Below, piece by piece: positions 9,873-19,394 of a DNA stretch of 64,000 nucleotides. A program made the position numbers and the translations under genes. The DNA is taken from assembly GCA_965263035.1 (NCBI GenBank), contig OZ253580.1, forward strand, positions 2,528,001-2,592,000, given 5' to 3'. A model generated the notes under the pieces. That model was not told the origin of the DNA. It did not search any database and saw only the letters and a program-made list of their open reading frames with translations. The stretch's first letter is position 1. Every line of letters starts with the position of its first letter. The stretch comes from Acidobacteriota bacterium. Its GTDB lineage: Bacteria; Acidobacteriota; UBA6911; RPQK01; JAJDTT01.

Positions 9873-10459
9873 GTTCCACTCCTGGTAGAGATGCCCGACT
9901 CGGGAGAAAGTTGAATCAGGCCGGAAACGTGCATGCTGGGATTGAGGCGTCGCTTGCCTTTGACCCTTCCGACCCGGAGCTCCAGGTTTTCGATCTTGAG
10001 GAACTTGGGATAGGAGGAAACGGCGTGGACGAACTCCAATACCTGCCGCAGATCGGCCCGAAGGTTCACTCTCAGGGTGATCTTGGCGTATCGATCGCCC
10101 AGGACCCGCTCCTGGACCCGGCTGCTCCGGGAGATGGTGATGCCCAGGCGGGACGCCAGATCCCGCACCGCCAGCTCCACCTTGGTGGTGGCGTCGCTGG
10201 AATTCTCGGCCTCGATGAAGCGGCTATCGTACTGCTGGACCAGCCGCTCGATCTCCTCGCTCCGCGACCGGTAGTAGTCCCGCTGAGAGAGGAGTTGCTT
10301 CGAACGCTGCAGCAACTTGGCCTTGGTCTCCAATTCGACCGGGATCGAGGCCCGGGCCTCATTGAAGGGCTCCACCGCAAAGAAGTAGACCAGCACGACG
10401 GCTGCCGTCAGACCTCCTCCCTGCAGGATGCGCCGTTCTCTGAGTGTCAGCTTCCTCAT
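9869..10459 (-). CDS. gspM: type II secretion protein GspM (PilO-like)
   Basis: LTLRERRIL start, TM helix, coiled coil, ferredoxin-like C-terminus; operon position. Confidence 0.8.
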   Translation of the reverse strand: MRKLTLRERRILQGGGLTAAVVLVYFFAVEPFNEARASIPVELETKAKLLQRSKQLLSQRDYYRSRSEEIERLVQQYDSRFIEAENSSDATTKVELAVRDLASRLGITISRSSRVQERVLGDRYAKITLRVNLRADLRQVLEFVHAVSSYPKFLKIENLELRVGRVKGKRRLNPSMHVSGLIQLSPESGISTRSGT

Positions 10460-10468
10460 GGTTCCCTT

Positions 10469-11869
10469 TCACTTGGACGTGGCGTCGAAGGTGAACTTCT
10501 CCCGGTTCCCCATCCCTCGGGCAGGCGCGATGTTCCGGGGCTCGACGGTGTCGAGCGACTCGGAGGTGGTGAGGTTGGACAGGAGCGCCGACGCCGAGGC
10601 CGCGTAGCCCACGATGGAGACCTGTTCCCCTCGAATCGACAGCTGATCCAGGAACGCGTCGTCCGGGGTCTTCTCCGTCATCTCCCGCAGGATGCCCAGG
10701 ACCTTCTGCCGGCCCTGCATCAGCTCCTGCAGCTCCGCCAGACGGGCTTCGGCCTGACGGGTCCGTTCCCGCAGGACCATGACCTCCTGGACCCTGGGCT
10801 GCAGAGCGTCGAGCTCCACCTGGATCTGGTGGGTCAGATCGGACTGCTGGAAATAAGCCCTGCCCAGCAGGGCCACGGCCATCACGGCCACCAGTCCCGC
10901 CAGCAGAGCCGTCGGCGCGATGCTGGACCGTTCCAGGACCAGCCGCTTCTCCTCGGGAATCAGGTTGTACCGGGCGGGCCCCGACCGGGTCAGACCCGAA
11001 ATGGCCAACCCGGCGGCGGGCAGGAATGGCTCCACCGCCTCTGCCCGGAGGTTCTGAGGGGTCAGCTGAAGATGCGTGCGGAGCAGTTCGCAATCCTCGA
11101 AGCGGGCCCGGAACTCGCCCAGGAGGGAGCCGGCAAGAGCGCCGCTCAGGTAGAGCTTGCGAAGCTCGCCCCCCACCGGACCGGCCTGGGACAGAAAGGC
11201 GTCCACATGGTGCAGGATCGAGGCCAGCGTCAGCGCCTCGTCTTCCCGCAGCCCCACCTTCTGGGAGAAGTACTTGCTGGAGCCGGAGATCAGCACCATC
11301 TCGATGGAACCGGGGTTCAGAGCCAGGGCCAGGCAAGGCTGCTCTGCGGGGAGTCCGTCGGCGTGAGCGAGCAGAACCTGGTGATAGGCGATGCTGGACA
11401 GACGGATGGCCACCGGATACAGGTCGGCGGGTTGGAGGATCTCCAGATACCGGTCCAGCGTGGCCCGCGGCAGCATGGTGATCTGGATCAGCAGCTTGCC
11501 ATTGGCTTCGTCCTTCTCCAGCACCTGATATTCGAAGTAGGATCCGTTCTCCTCGGTGGGTTCCAGGCGCTCCACCTGGAACTGGACCATCTGATCCAGG
11601 TTCTCTTCCACCTCCAGCGGCAGCTCCAGCCACCGGACCACCGCCTCGTCCCGGGGAATTCCCAGGACGACCCGGTCCTTGAGCGCCCCGTAGGACCGGA
11701 CCGACTGGCGAATACGGTCCCGGAGCTGCGCCGGCGGCAGATTCCGGAAATCCTCGATGACGGCGTGGTCCTGGAGCTCGAACTGGCGGAATCCTTTTTG
11801 GACCACGGCCAGGACCAGGTCGGACCCGCGGACTTCGACGCCGAGAGCCGTTCCGAAGCTAAATCGCAT
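10469..11869 (-). CDS. gspL: type II secretion protein GspL (PilM/PilN-like)
   Basis: Actin-like N-terminus (ALGVEV), NLIP motif, TM helix, PilN-like C-terminus. Confidence 0.8.
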   Translation of the reverse strand: MRFSFGTALGVEVRGSDLVLAVVQKGFRQFELQDHAVIEDFRNLPPAQLRDRIRQSVRSYGALKDRVVLGIPRDEAVVRWLELPLEVEENLDQMVQFQVERLEPTEENGSYFEYQVLEKDEANGKLLIQITMLPRATLDRYLEILQPADLYPVAIRLSSIAYHQVLLAHADGLPAEQPCLALALNPGSIEMVLISGSSKYFSQKVGLREDEALTLASILHHVDAFLSQAGPVGGELRKLYLSGALAGSLLGEFRARFEDCELLRTHLQLTPQNLRAEAVEPFLPAAGLAISGLTRSGPARYNLIPEEKRLVLERSSIAPTALLAGLVAVMAVALLGRAYFQQSDLTHQIQVELDALQPRVQEVMVLRERTRQAEARLAELQELMQGRQKVLGILREMTEKTPDDAFLDQLSIRGEQVSIVGYAASASALLSNLTTSESLDTVEPRNIAPARGMGNREKFTFDATSK

Positions 11870-11980
11870 GGTTCAAAGTCACCTCGTGGGAGGGGGGGTG
11901 GAGTGGGGACATTCTTGTCCCCCATTCCCAATTCGCCCACTCCGCGGTGTGGCCGTTGGTGTTCGGGCCGTTGTTGCACC

Positions 11981-12097
11981 GGAGGTCGGCGGCAAGAAAG
12001 CCGCCGCTCCCAGTCGGCGACAAGAAAGTCGCCGCTCCCATTCGGCGGCAGGAAAGCCGCCGCTCCCAGTCGGCGACAAGAAAGTCGCCGCTCCTAC
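11981..12097. repeat. tandem array of four 28-bp REP-like units
   Basis: cggcg(g/a)caagaaag(c/t)cgccgctccca repeated; the terminal GTAG on the minus strand supplies the gspK stop. Confidence 0.9.
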
Positions 12098-13098
12098 AGT
12101 TCCGTGTTCGCTTCATTCCAATACAGGACAGCATACTGCTTGATTCCGACTCCGATCTGGATCACGGCGTTGATGCGGCCGATCACCTCCGACCCGGACA
12201 GCCGTCCGGTGCTGATCAGGTTGTAGACGTTGGATCGCATGGTTGAAAGATACGAGGCCGTGTCCGTGGGCAGGCCGGGGATCTGGGTCAATGCGGTGTT
12301 CACGTCGCCCAGGGGGAACTGGCGGCGCATTTCGTCGATGACCAGCGCCGTCTCGTAGGTCAGGCCCGGGATGGCGGCCAGGACCGGGACCGGCGCCGAG
12401 TTGACGTTGATCCGGTTCACGCTGCTGAAGACGGTGAGGTACTTTCCCAGCCCGAAGTACTCGACCCGCTCGCCGTCGGGCGTGAGCCCCTTCTGGCCGT
12501 AGTAGATCTCGGGCGTCACCCCCCGCACCAGAAGCAGCTCTTCGGGGACGTCGAAGGGGCCGTTCTTGGCATAGTAGGGCTGCGGGAGCGAGAGGTAGTA
12601 GTCGCTCTCGGCCCCGTTGGGCCGAAAGAACTCGTCGGGGTCCCTCCAGTCTTCGATGGAATCGGTAAGCATGTCGGCGTCGCCGGGCTCCATTCCCACC
12701 GTGATCAGAAGGTTGTAGATCAGGTGGGAGGGGGCCGTGTTCAGGTTGATCTTCCCGGTCTCGTCCACCACCTCCACGTCGGCGAAATCGGCTCCCAACT
12801 GAAGGGTAAGGGCGCCGGTCATGACTTCAGGGACCGATCCCGGCCCCAGGTCCATGCGCTGCTGGCTCTTGGCGAAGGCCATCTGGGATTCGATGATCCG
12901 GTAGACGGCGTAGTCGATTCCGGCCCGCGCCAGGTAGTGCGCCTTTTTTTGCTCCACCAGGTTGCGGGTGGCGTCGATTTCGGTGCGGATGGCCGCGCCG
13001 AAGCTCAGCGCCAGCAGTCCCAGCGCCAGCATCACCCAGAGGACGAGGATGAGGACCGCGCCCCGATCGCCGTCACCAGTGCTCGTTCGGTTCCTCAT
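12094..13098 (-). CDS. gspK: minor pseudopilin GspK
   Basis: RGAVLILVLWV, DETGKINLN, DWRDPD, KNGPFDVPEELLLVRG, INVNSAP. Confidence 0.93.
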   Translation of the reverse strand: MRNRTSTGDGDRGAVLILVLWVMLALGLLALSFGAAIRTEIDATRNLVEQKKAHYLARAGIDYAVYRIIESQMAFAKSQQRMDLGPGSVPEVMTGALTLQLGADFADVEVVDETGKINLNTAPSHLIYNLLITVGMEPGDADMLTDSIEDWRDPDEFFRPNGAESDYYLSLPQPYYAKNGPFDVPEELLLVRGVTPEIYYGQKGLTPDGERVEYFGLGKYLTVFSSVNRINVNSAPVPVLAAIPGLTYETALVIDEMRRQFPLGDVNTALTQIPGLPTDTASYLSTMRSNVYNLISTGRLSGSEVIGRINAVIQIGVGIKQYAVLYWNEANTEL

Positions 13099-13808
13099 TT
13101 ACGATCCGCCGCCGTTCCGAATACCCGGCTCGACCTACTCCGCCGTCCGATGAAGCTGGCGTTGACGGAGGCGAAGACCTCCCCTCTGTCATGAACGATG
13201 CGGATGGCCCGGGGCACGGACTGCATTTCCTCTCCCAGCCATTCGGAGAACCAGGCGAACGCCTGCTGCCGGGGGTCGTACCCGTAGTACTGGAACTCCA
13301 GCGCGGTGATGTCCCGGATCAGGGGCAGCGGCTTTCCGTCCGGGATCCGGACCATGGCGTTGAAGCTGTCCAGGCCCACGAACTGGATCTCCATGGAGCC
13401 CATGTACGGGTCTCCATACTCGTCCTCGGCCAGACCGTAGCGGACCACCGTCAGTCCGGGCGTCTGATGCATGATGAGCGGCGCCACGGTGATGAAGGTG
13501 ACCGAATCGGGGGTGCCGAAGAAGAGGGGCGTCTGGAAGCGGGTGGGAGCCTCCACCGGGCCCAACCCGGTCCGGTCCGGCGGGGCCACCGGGCGCAAGG
13601 GGAAGAGGGATGCCACTTGGCGTTTGACCTGATCCCCGAGGATTCTCGCGGCCGCCTCTTCCTCCAGCCGGGTCTGGCTCTTCTGATAGCTGTTGAGGGC
13701 CAGGCGAAAGGAGGAGAAGACGATGCCGGCCACCAGTCCCAGGATGGTGAGGGCGACCACCAGTTCGATCAGGGTGAAGCCGGAGTCTCGTCTCACGTTG
13801 TCGGCCAT
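13095..13808 (-). CDS. gspJ: minor pseudopilin, GspJ-like (start could extend to GTG 13934)
   Basis: Prepilin cleavage motif SG|FTLIELVVAL; operon order. Confidence 0.8.
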   Translation of the reverse strand: MADNVRRDSGFTLIELVVALTILGLVAGIVFSSFRLALNSYQKSQTRLEEEAAARILGDQVKRQVASLFPLRPVAPPDRTGLGPVEAPTRFQTPLFFGTPDSVTFITVAPLIMHQTPGLTVVRYGLAEDEYGDPYMGSMEIQFVGLDSFNAMVRIPDGKPLPLIRDITALEFQYYGYDPRQQAFAWFSEWLGEEMQSVPRAIRIVHDRGEVFASVNASFIGRRSRSSRVFGTAADRK

Positions 13809-13835
13809 TTGAAGCACCTTGGTTCGGTGGTTATG

Positions 13836-13924
13836 GGAGGTCGGCGGCAAGAAAACCGCCGTTCCCAATCGGCGGCAAGAAAGCCGCCGCTCCCAGTTGG
13901 CGGCATGAAAGCCGTCGCTCCTAT
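13836..13924. repeat. REP-like hairpin cluster (3 copies)
   Basis: GGCGGCAAGAAA(A/G)CCGCC units at about 28-bp spacing. Confidence 0.85.
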
Positions 13925-14538
13925 CTTCCGCCACCGCGCAGGATCCTTTCCATCTCGCTCTGAGACCCTCCCCGGTTCGCCGGGGCGGCGTAGGGATCGG
14001 GGACCAGCTTGAGGCACCGGACGGTGTAGAATTTGCCGCGGCTGTCGTTCCTGTAGCGCACCCGGACCTCCACCAGAAGCAGGTTCACCGGCGGGACGGC
14101 GATCTGCAGGGAGAGGCCCTGCCGGGGGGGCTCCCAGAAATCCACCGTGGCCGTGTAGTCGAACTCGTCGTCCAGATTCCCTTCCAGTTGGATTGGGCCC
14201 ACCAGATCCTCGTCGCTGAGAATCCGGTTCATGACGTTCTCGGCGTGTCCCATGGCCCGATGGGCCAAGTCGATCCTCCTGACGTTCTTCAGACCTCCCG
14301 AGAAGATCTGCATGGTGACGGCGACGCCGAGTCCCAGGATGGAAACCGCGACCAGGACCTCGAGGAGGGTGAATCCCGTGGAGCGGCGGCTTGGAGCGGC
14401 GGTTTCCAACCGCCGAGCTCCGGGTGCGGCATCGAGGCGTGGGCGATTGGAAATCGCCCTTCCGAGAAGCATGGGCGATTGGAAATCGCCCCTCCTGATT
14501 GGGCGATTGGAAATCGCCCCTCCTGGTTCTTCCTTCAC
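13921..14538 (-). CDS. gspI: minor pseudopilin GspI with a REP-expanded leader peptide
   Basis: TG|FTLLEVLVAV; GTG start overlaps the gspH stop. Confidence 0.8.
   Translation of the reverse strand: MKEEPGGAISNRPIRRGDFQSPMLLGRAISNRPRLDAAPGARRLETAAPSRRSTGFTLLEVLVAVSILGLGVAVTMQIFSGGLKNVRRIDLAHRAMGHAENVMNRILSDEDLVGPIQLEGNLDDEFDYTATVDFWEPPRQGLSLQIAVPPVNLLLVEVRVRYRNDSRGKFYTVRCLKLVPDPYAAPANRGGSQSEMERILRGGGR
14393..14525. repeat. REP-like hairpin cluster (4 copies) in the gspI leader
   Basis: GGGCGATTGGAAATCGCCC three times plus GGAGCGGCGGTTTCCAACCGCC. Confidence 0.85.
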
Positions 14539-15023
14539 CTCGGTCTCCCTTGGGATTCGAGGATCGGCGACACCTTGGCCAGGCCGGTGACGGCGTCGGC
14601 CCTGACGTAGAGGAGCTTTTCCTGCCGGTTGAGCATTCCGATGGCGCCGCCGGAGCTGCGGCCGTTGGAATAGAAGTTGACCCTCCAGGGAAGCGGTGTG
14701 TTGTCCACGGTCTGAGGCACGATTCCGTCCGGCAGATCCACGCTGCCGATCTGCTCGCCGAACTCGTTGGCCAGGACGTAGTAGCCGGCGCCCGTGTCGT
14801 CACGGGTCACGATGATGCGGCGGACGGCGTGGCGTCCGATGGCCTCGAAGCGGGCCCGCTTCATGTGCGTCGCCAGATCCCGGCAGGCGGCCTCCAGCTC
14901 CAGGCCCTGCAGCCCGGAGGTGAACGACGGCAGGATCAACATCGTGGCCATGCCCATGATGACCAGGAGGACCATGAGCTCGATCAGGGTGAAACCGGAG
15001 TCTCGTCTCACGTTGTCGGCCAT
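14535..15023 (-). CDS. gspH: minor pseudopilin GspH/FimT-like (start could extend to GTG 15191)
   Basis: SG|FTLIELMVLL; VNFYSNGRSSGG. Confidence 0.85.
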   Translation of the reverse strand: MADNVRRDSGFTLIELMVLLVIMGMATMLILPSFTSGLQGLELEAACRDLATHMKRARFEAIGRHAVRRIIVTRDDTGAGYYVLANEFGEQIGSVDLPDGIVPQTVDNTPLPWRVNFYSNGRSSGGAIGMLNRQEKLLYVRADAVTGLAKVSPILESQGRPR

Positions 15024-15052
15024 TTGAAGCACCTTGGTTCGGTCGTTATTGG

Positions 15053-15188
15053 GGAGGTCGGCGGTTGGAAACCGCCGCTCCTGGTTGTTCGATTTGACTT
15101 GGGTCATGTTGCTATTGAGGGGGAGGTCGGCGGCAAGAAAGCCGTCTCTCCCAATCGGCGGCAAGAAAGCCGCCGCTCCCGCTCCTAC
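15053..15188. repeat. REP-like hairpin cluster (3 copies)
   Basis: Same family; the terminal GTAG supplies the gspG stop. Confidence 0.85.
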
Positions 15189-15640
15189 CACGAAGTCACG
15201 TCGGCGCTGTCGGTTTCGCCTCCTTCCACGCCGTCGGCCCCCAAGCTCCAGAGATCGTAGTCGCCGTACTGCCCCGGGGAGCGGTACTGGTACTCACGGC
15301 TCCAGGGGTCGTTGGGCAGGGTCCGCTTGTCCAGATAGGGACCGCTCCAGTTGTGGAGCCCGGCGTTCTCCAGCAGGCTGGTGAGTCCTTCGGCCGTGGT
15401 GGGGTAGCGGCCCACGTCGAAACGAAAGAGCCCCAGGGCCCCTTCGAACTGGTCGATCTGGAGCTTGGCGATCTCGCTCTTTCCCCGGCTCAGGCGATCC
15501 ATCACCTTGGGACCCACCACCGTGGCCAGAAGTCCCAGGATCACCAGCACCACGATGAGCTCGATCAGCGAGAATCCCCGGTCCCGCTTCCCGTCCTCCG
15601 CTCCCACGGCCTTCACGGTCTTGTCGACTGTCCCACTCAC
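15185..15640 (-). CDS. gspG: major pseudopilin GspG
   Basis: RG|FSLIELIVVLVILGLLA, FRFDVGRYPTTAEGL, WSGPYL, DPW, YDLWSLGADG. Confidence 0.97.
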   Translation of the reverse strand: MSGTVDKTVKAVGAEDGKRDRGFSLIELIVVLVILGLLATVVGPKVMDRLSRGKSEIAKLQIDQFEGALGLFRFDVGRYPTTAEGLTSLLENAGLHNWSGPYLDKRTLPNDPWSREYQYRSPGQYGDYDLWSLGADGVEGGETDSADVTSW

Positions 15641-15664
15641 GAGAACCTCCCTTTCGAAAAGTGC

Positions 15665-16894
15665 CTACAACGGCACGTCGTTGATGCTGAATATGGAATA
15701 GAGCATGGAGACCACCATGGTGCCGATGAGCAGGCCCATGACCAGGATGAGCAAGGGCTCGAACAGGGCCACGAACCGCTTGAGCGCCGTCCTCATGTCG
15801 CGGTCGTAGGCCTCGGCGATCTGGAGCAGCATGTCGTCCAGGCGGCCCGTCTCCTCGCCGACGGCCAGCAGGTGCAGGGCGAAGGGGGGAAAGATGTCCG
15901 CGTCGCGGATGGGCTTGGTCAGTCCCTCTCCCTTCTTGATGCCCGACTTGATGGACTCCATGGTGGAGGCGATGGCCTGGTTCCCAATCACCTCCTTGAC
16001 GATGTTCATGGCCTGGATCAGGGGCACGGTGCTGTGCAGCAGAGTGCCCAGGGTCCGGCTGAAACGGCTGACCTCCATCTTGCGGAAGATGGACCCCAGG
16101 AGCGGCAGCTTCAGCATCCGGGCATCCCAGTTGAGCCTTCCCTTCTCGGTCCGGAGGTAGCGCTTGAAGAGCTGCACGCTCCCGATCCCCACCAGCAGGA
16201 TCAGCCACCAATACCCGGTCAGGACGTCGCCGGCGGCCAGCATGATCTTCATGGGCAGGGGAATGGGGGCGCCGGCGTTCTCGAAAATGTCCGCGAACTT
16301 GGGGATGACGAAGCCGATCATGACGATGATGGAGGCTCCTCCCACCAGCGCCAGGACCAGAGGGTAGATGAGGGACGAGACGAAGTAGTTGCGCAGCTCT
16401 TCGGAGCGCTCCAGGTACTCCTGCAGGCGCTCCAGGATCTTGTCCAGGGCGCCGCCGATCTCACCCGCCCGAACCATGTTCACGTAGATCTTGGGGAAGA
16501 TGTGAGGGTGCGTGGCCATGCCCTCGGAAAGGGACTTGCCCGCCTTGATCTCCCGCAGCAGTTCCTTGACCACGTCGCGCAGATGGCGGTTCTCGGTCAA
16601 GTCGCCCAGCACGCTCAGGCTCCGGTCCAGGGGCAGACCCGCCTTCACCAGAGTGGAGAGCTCCTGGGTGAAGACCAGGAGGTCGGCCTGGGCGACTCGA
16701 TTGCGGCGCCAGGGGAGCTTGATCTCGCGGCCCAGCAGGCCGCCGGACTCGGTGGTGCCGGCGGAGGAGATGGTGACCGGAAACTGGCCCTGATCCCGGA
16801 GGCGCGAGGTGACGCCGCGGGCATCCGCCGCCTCCAACGTGCCCTCCACGACACGTCCGTCGGCCGTGACTGCTTTGTACTGGAAGAAAGCCAA
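15665..16894 (-). CDS. gspF: type II secretion inner membrane platform protein GspF
   Basis: FTQELSTLVKAGLPL, MVRAGEIGGAL, VGEETGRL. Confidence 0.96.
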   Translation of the reverse strand: MAFFQYKAVTADGRVVEGTLEAADARGVTSRLRDQGQFPVTISSAGTTESGGLLGREIKLPWRRNRVAQADLLVFTQELSTLVKAGLPLDRSLSVLGDLTENRHLRDVVKELLREIKAGKSLSEGMATHPHIFPKIYVNMVRAGEIGGALDKILERLQEYLERSEELRNYFVSSLIYPLVLALVGGASIIVMIGFVIPKFADIFENAGAPIPLPMKIMLAAGDVLTGYWWLILLVGIGSVQLFKRYLRTEKGRLNWDARMLKLPLLGSIFRKMEVSRFSRTLGTLLHSTVPLIQAMNIVKEVIGNQAIASTMESIKSGIKKGEGLTKPIRDADIFPPFALHLLAVGEETGRLDDMLLQIAEAYDRDMRTALKRFVALFEPLLILVMGLLIGTMVVSMLYSIFSINDVPL

Positions 16895-16941
16895 TTCTCA
16901 AGTCCTACGGAGCAAATTCCCAATCCCACGGAGGATAGAAG

Positions 16942-16967
16942 AGGGCGCCCACGAGGGGCGCCCCTAC
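16942..16967 (-). repeat. GTAG-type REP palindrome supplying the gspE stop
   Basis: Minus strand reads GTAGGGGCGCCCCTCGTGGGCGCCCT. Confidence 0.7.
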
Positions 16968-18673
16968 TGATCCTGGGTCACCCTCAACACCTCTGCAATC
17001 GAGGTCAGTCCGGACTTGACCTTGTCGAAGCCGTCATGGCGCAGTGCCACCATCCCGCCTTCGAGGGCCGCCTTTCGCAACTGGGTGGAGTCGGCGTTGG
17101 TGATGGTGAGGCGCCGGATCGGCTCGCGCATCTGCATCAGCTCGAAGATCCCGATCCGGCCCTGATATCCGGTGTGGTCGCACTCCTTGCAACCCATTCC
17201 CTGAAAGGCCGCGACCCCGGACTGCAGAGGAAAGCCGATCTCCCTCAGGAATCCCGGCTCCAAAAACTGCTCCTGCCGGCAGTGGCGGCAGACGACCCGG
17301 ACCAGCCGCTGGGCCAGCACGCCCAGTACCGAGGAGGACAGCAGGTAGTCCTGGGCCCCCATGTCCACCAGCCGGGCGATGGCGCTGGGAGCGTCGTTGG
17401 TGTGCAGGGTGCTGAAGACCAGGTGACCGGTCAGGGCGGCGCGGATGGCGATCTCCGCCGTCTCCAGATCCCGGATCTCGCCCACCATGATGACGTCCGG
17501 GTCCTGGCGGACGATGGAACGGAGCCCGGCGGCGAAGGTCAGCCCGATCTGGGGATTGACGTGGATCTGGTTGATGCCGTTGATCTGATACTCCACCGGG
17601 TCCTCGATGGTGATGATCTTCTTGTCGGGGAGATTGATCTTGCTGAGGGCGCCGTAAAGGGTGGTGGTCTTGCCGCTGCCGGTAGGGCCCGTCACCAGGA
17701 TGATGCCGTGGGGCCGCAGGATCAGTTTCTGGAACGCCTCGTAGGTGTCCCGAGCGAATCCCAGCTTCTCCAGGTCGTAGATCTGGGTGTTGCTCTTGTC
17801 CAGGATCCGCATGACCACGCTCTCTCCGTACATGGTCGGCAACGTGGACACGCGGAGGTCCACGTCCTTCCCCAGGACCCTCATCTTGATCCGGCCGTCC
17901 TGGGGGATCCGGCGCTCGGCGATGTTGAGCTTGGACATGATCTTGATTCGGGAGATGGTGGCGGCCTTCAGCCGCTTGGGGGGAGACTCGACATCGTAGA
18001 GGACGCCGTCGATGCGGTAGCGGACCTTGAGCTCCCGTTCGAAGGGCTCGATGTGGATGTCGGAGGCCCGGGATTCGACGGCCCGGGACAGGATCAGGTT
18101 GACCAGGCGGATGACGGGAGCTTCGGAAGCCAGGTCCTTGAGATGCTCCACGTCGTCGCTGTCCTCCAGGCCCTCCACGTCGGTGTCGATCCCCTCCACG
18201 ATGCGCCCCAGACTCGACGCCTGGTTCCCGTAGAAGCGCTCGATCAGATCCAGGATCTCGCTCTCCGGGGCCAGGACCACCGTGACCCGGTCGTAGCGGG
18301 TGTAGAGGCGGATGGCATCCAGGGTGGAGCGGTCCAGCGGGTCCACCATGGCGATGGTCAACTCTCCGCCGTCGGCGCCGATGGGGACGAACTTGCACTC
18401 CCGCATGAACTGGACCGAGAAGGTGTTCTCCACCACCGGGACCGTGGGGAAATTCTCGGCCACGACGTAGGGGATCTCCAGATACTCGCTCAGATGCCGG
18501 ACCAGGTCGGCCTCCGAGAGAGCCCCCATGTCGATGAGCAACTTTCCGAACTTCTCCGGGGACTGCCTCTGGAGATTGTGGGCCGTGCTCAGTTCCTCGG
18601 AAGAGATGATCCCCCGCTCGACCAGCACCTCTCCGAAAAGGGCCTTTTCCTTCAACTCAGCCAGTTTGACCAT
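16964..18673 (-). CDS. gspE: type II secretion ATPase GspE
   Basis: ASDIHIEP, Walker A GPTGSGKTTT, TIEDPVE, RQDPDVIMVGEIRD, CxxC pairs. Confidence 0.97.
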   Translation of the reverse strand: MVKLAELKEKALFGEVLVERGIISSEELSTAHNLQRQSPEKFGKLLIDMGALSEADLVRHLSEYLEIPYVVAENFPTVPVVENTFSVQFMRECKFVPIGADGGELTIAMVDPLDRSTLDAIRLYTRYDRVTVVLAPESEILDLIERFYGNQASSLGRIVEGIDTDVEGLEDSDDVEHLKDLASEAPVIRLVNLILSRAVESRASDIHIEPFERELKVRYRIDGVLYDVESPPKRLKAATISRIKIMSKLNIAERRIPQDGRIKMRVLGKDVDLRVSTLPTMYGESVVMRILDKSNTQIYDLEKLGFARDTYEAFQKLILRPHGIILVTGPTGSGKTTTLYGALSKINLPDKKIITIEDPVEYQINGINQIHVNPQIGLTFAAGLRSIVRQDPDVIMVGEIRDLETAEIAIRAALTGHLVFSTLHTNDAPSAIARLVDMGAQDYLLSSSVLGVLAQRLVRVVCRHCRQEQFLEPGFLREIGFPLQSGVAAFQGMGCKECDHTGYQGRIGIFELMQMREPIRRLTITNADSTQLRKAALEGGMVALRHDGFDKVKSGLTSIAEVLRVTQDQ

Positions 18674-18687
18674 GGGAAATCTCGAAA

Positions 18688-19236
18688 TCAGTACTCCATG
18701 ACGTCGACCCGGTCCCTGAAGTTCTCGGCGGAGATCTTCTTGATGGCCACCAGATCGACGTCGTCCTTGGAGGTGGTCAGGATCAGGGTCTTACGGCTCT
18801 TCCTGGCGTCGAGCTCGTTCCGGTCGTCGACGTAGGCGGCGATGGAGATGCGGTCGTGGCCCCCCAGTTGCTTGATGCTGTCGCCATACTCGATCAGGGC
18901 GTCGATGAGGGTCGTCCGGATCACGCGCATGTGCTCCTCGGCGGTGCGCCTCGAGGTCGGCCTCGGATCCCGCACCTCGCCGAACGGAGTCCGAATGGTC
19001 CTGCGATTCACGTTGATCTGGAAGGAGAAGAGCATCCCGTAGCCCTGCAGATAGGCTCCCCGGGGCTCACTCGTGATGGCGAACGGATCGGAGAAGTTCT
19101 GCTTGAGCACCTCGTGGACGATGCGTTCGAAGATCTCGGTGTCCTGTTTCAACCGCTCCAGGTTGAGATGCTGCTGGGCGAGTCCGTTCACGCTGGACAA
19201 CCAGCCCGCAAGCACGACCAGTCCAATGTACCACAT
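18688..19236 (-). CDS. exported hypothetical protein between the anti-sigma gene and gspE
   Basis: Signal-peptide-like MWYIGLVVLAGWLSSVNGLAQ after a G-rich RBS; this is the C-terminal part of ORF 18688..19857. Confidence 0.7.
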   Translation of the reverse strand: MWYIGLVVLAGWLSSVNGLAQQHLNLERLKQDTEIFERIVHEVLKQNFSDPFAITSEPRGAYLQGYGMLFSFQINVNRRTIRTPFGEVRDPRPTSRRTAEEHMRVIRTTLIDALIEYGDSIKQLGGHDRISIAAYVDDRNELDARKSRKTLILTTSKDDVDLVAIKKISAENFRDRVDVMEY

Positions 19237-19309
19237 CACCTTCAACCCCCCTCTTGGCGACTCGCGGCCGATTCCGGGGAGTCGGCCGGTCGTCGCAGAT
19301 TCCAAGTTC

Positions 19310-19392
19310 CAGGCACCAAACAGGTGGTTCGTCCCATTTTCAAACGAAGTGTCCGAATTCGGACACTTCGTCCCATTTTCGGACACTTGGCC
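19310..19392. repeat. palindromic element with a perfect 26-bp palindrome and gtcccattttc repeats
   Basis: CGAAGTGTCCGAATTCGGACACTTCG at 19345-19370. Confidence 0.7.
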
Positions 19393-19394
19393 CA

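Noticed and set aside
11981-12097. 28-bp tandem palindromic units resembling a CRISPR array (also at 13836 and 61509)
   Set aside because: No unique spacers and no cas genes; the same units are dispersed as REPs
15353-18835. 1160-aa plus-strand ORF, and similar long ORFs at 6787, 9911, 33320, 41349, 47575, 52751 and 54196
   Set aside because: Antisense shadows of recognisable genes, expected in high-GC3 DNA; no motifs of their own
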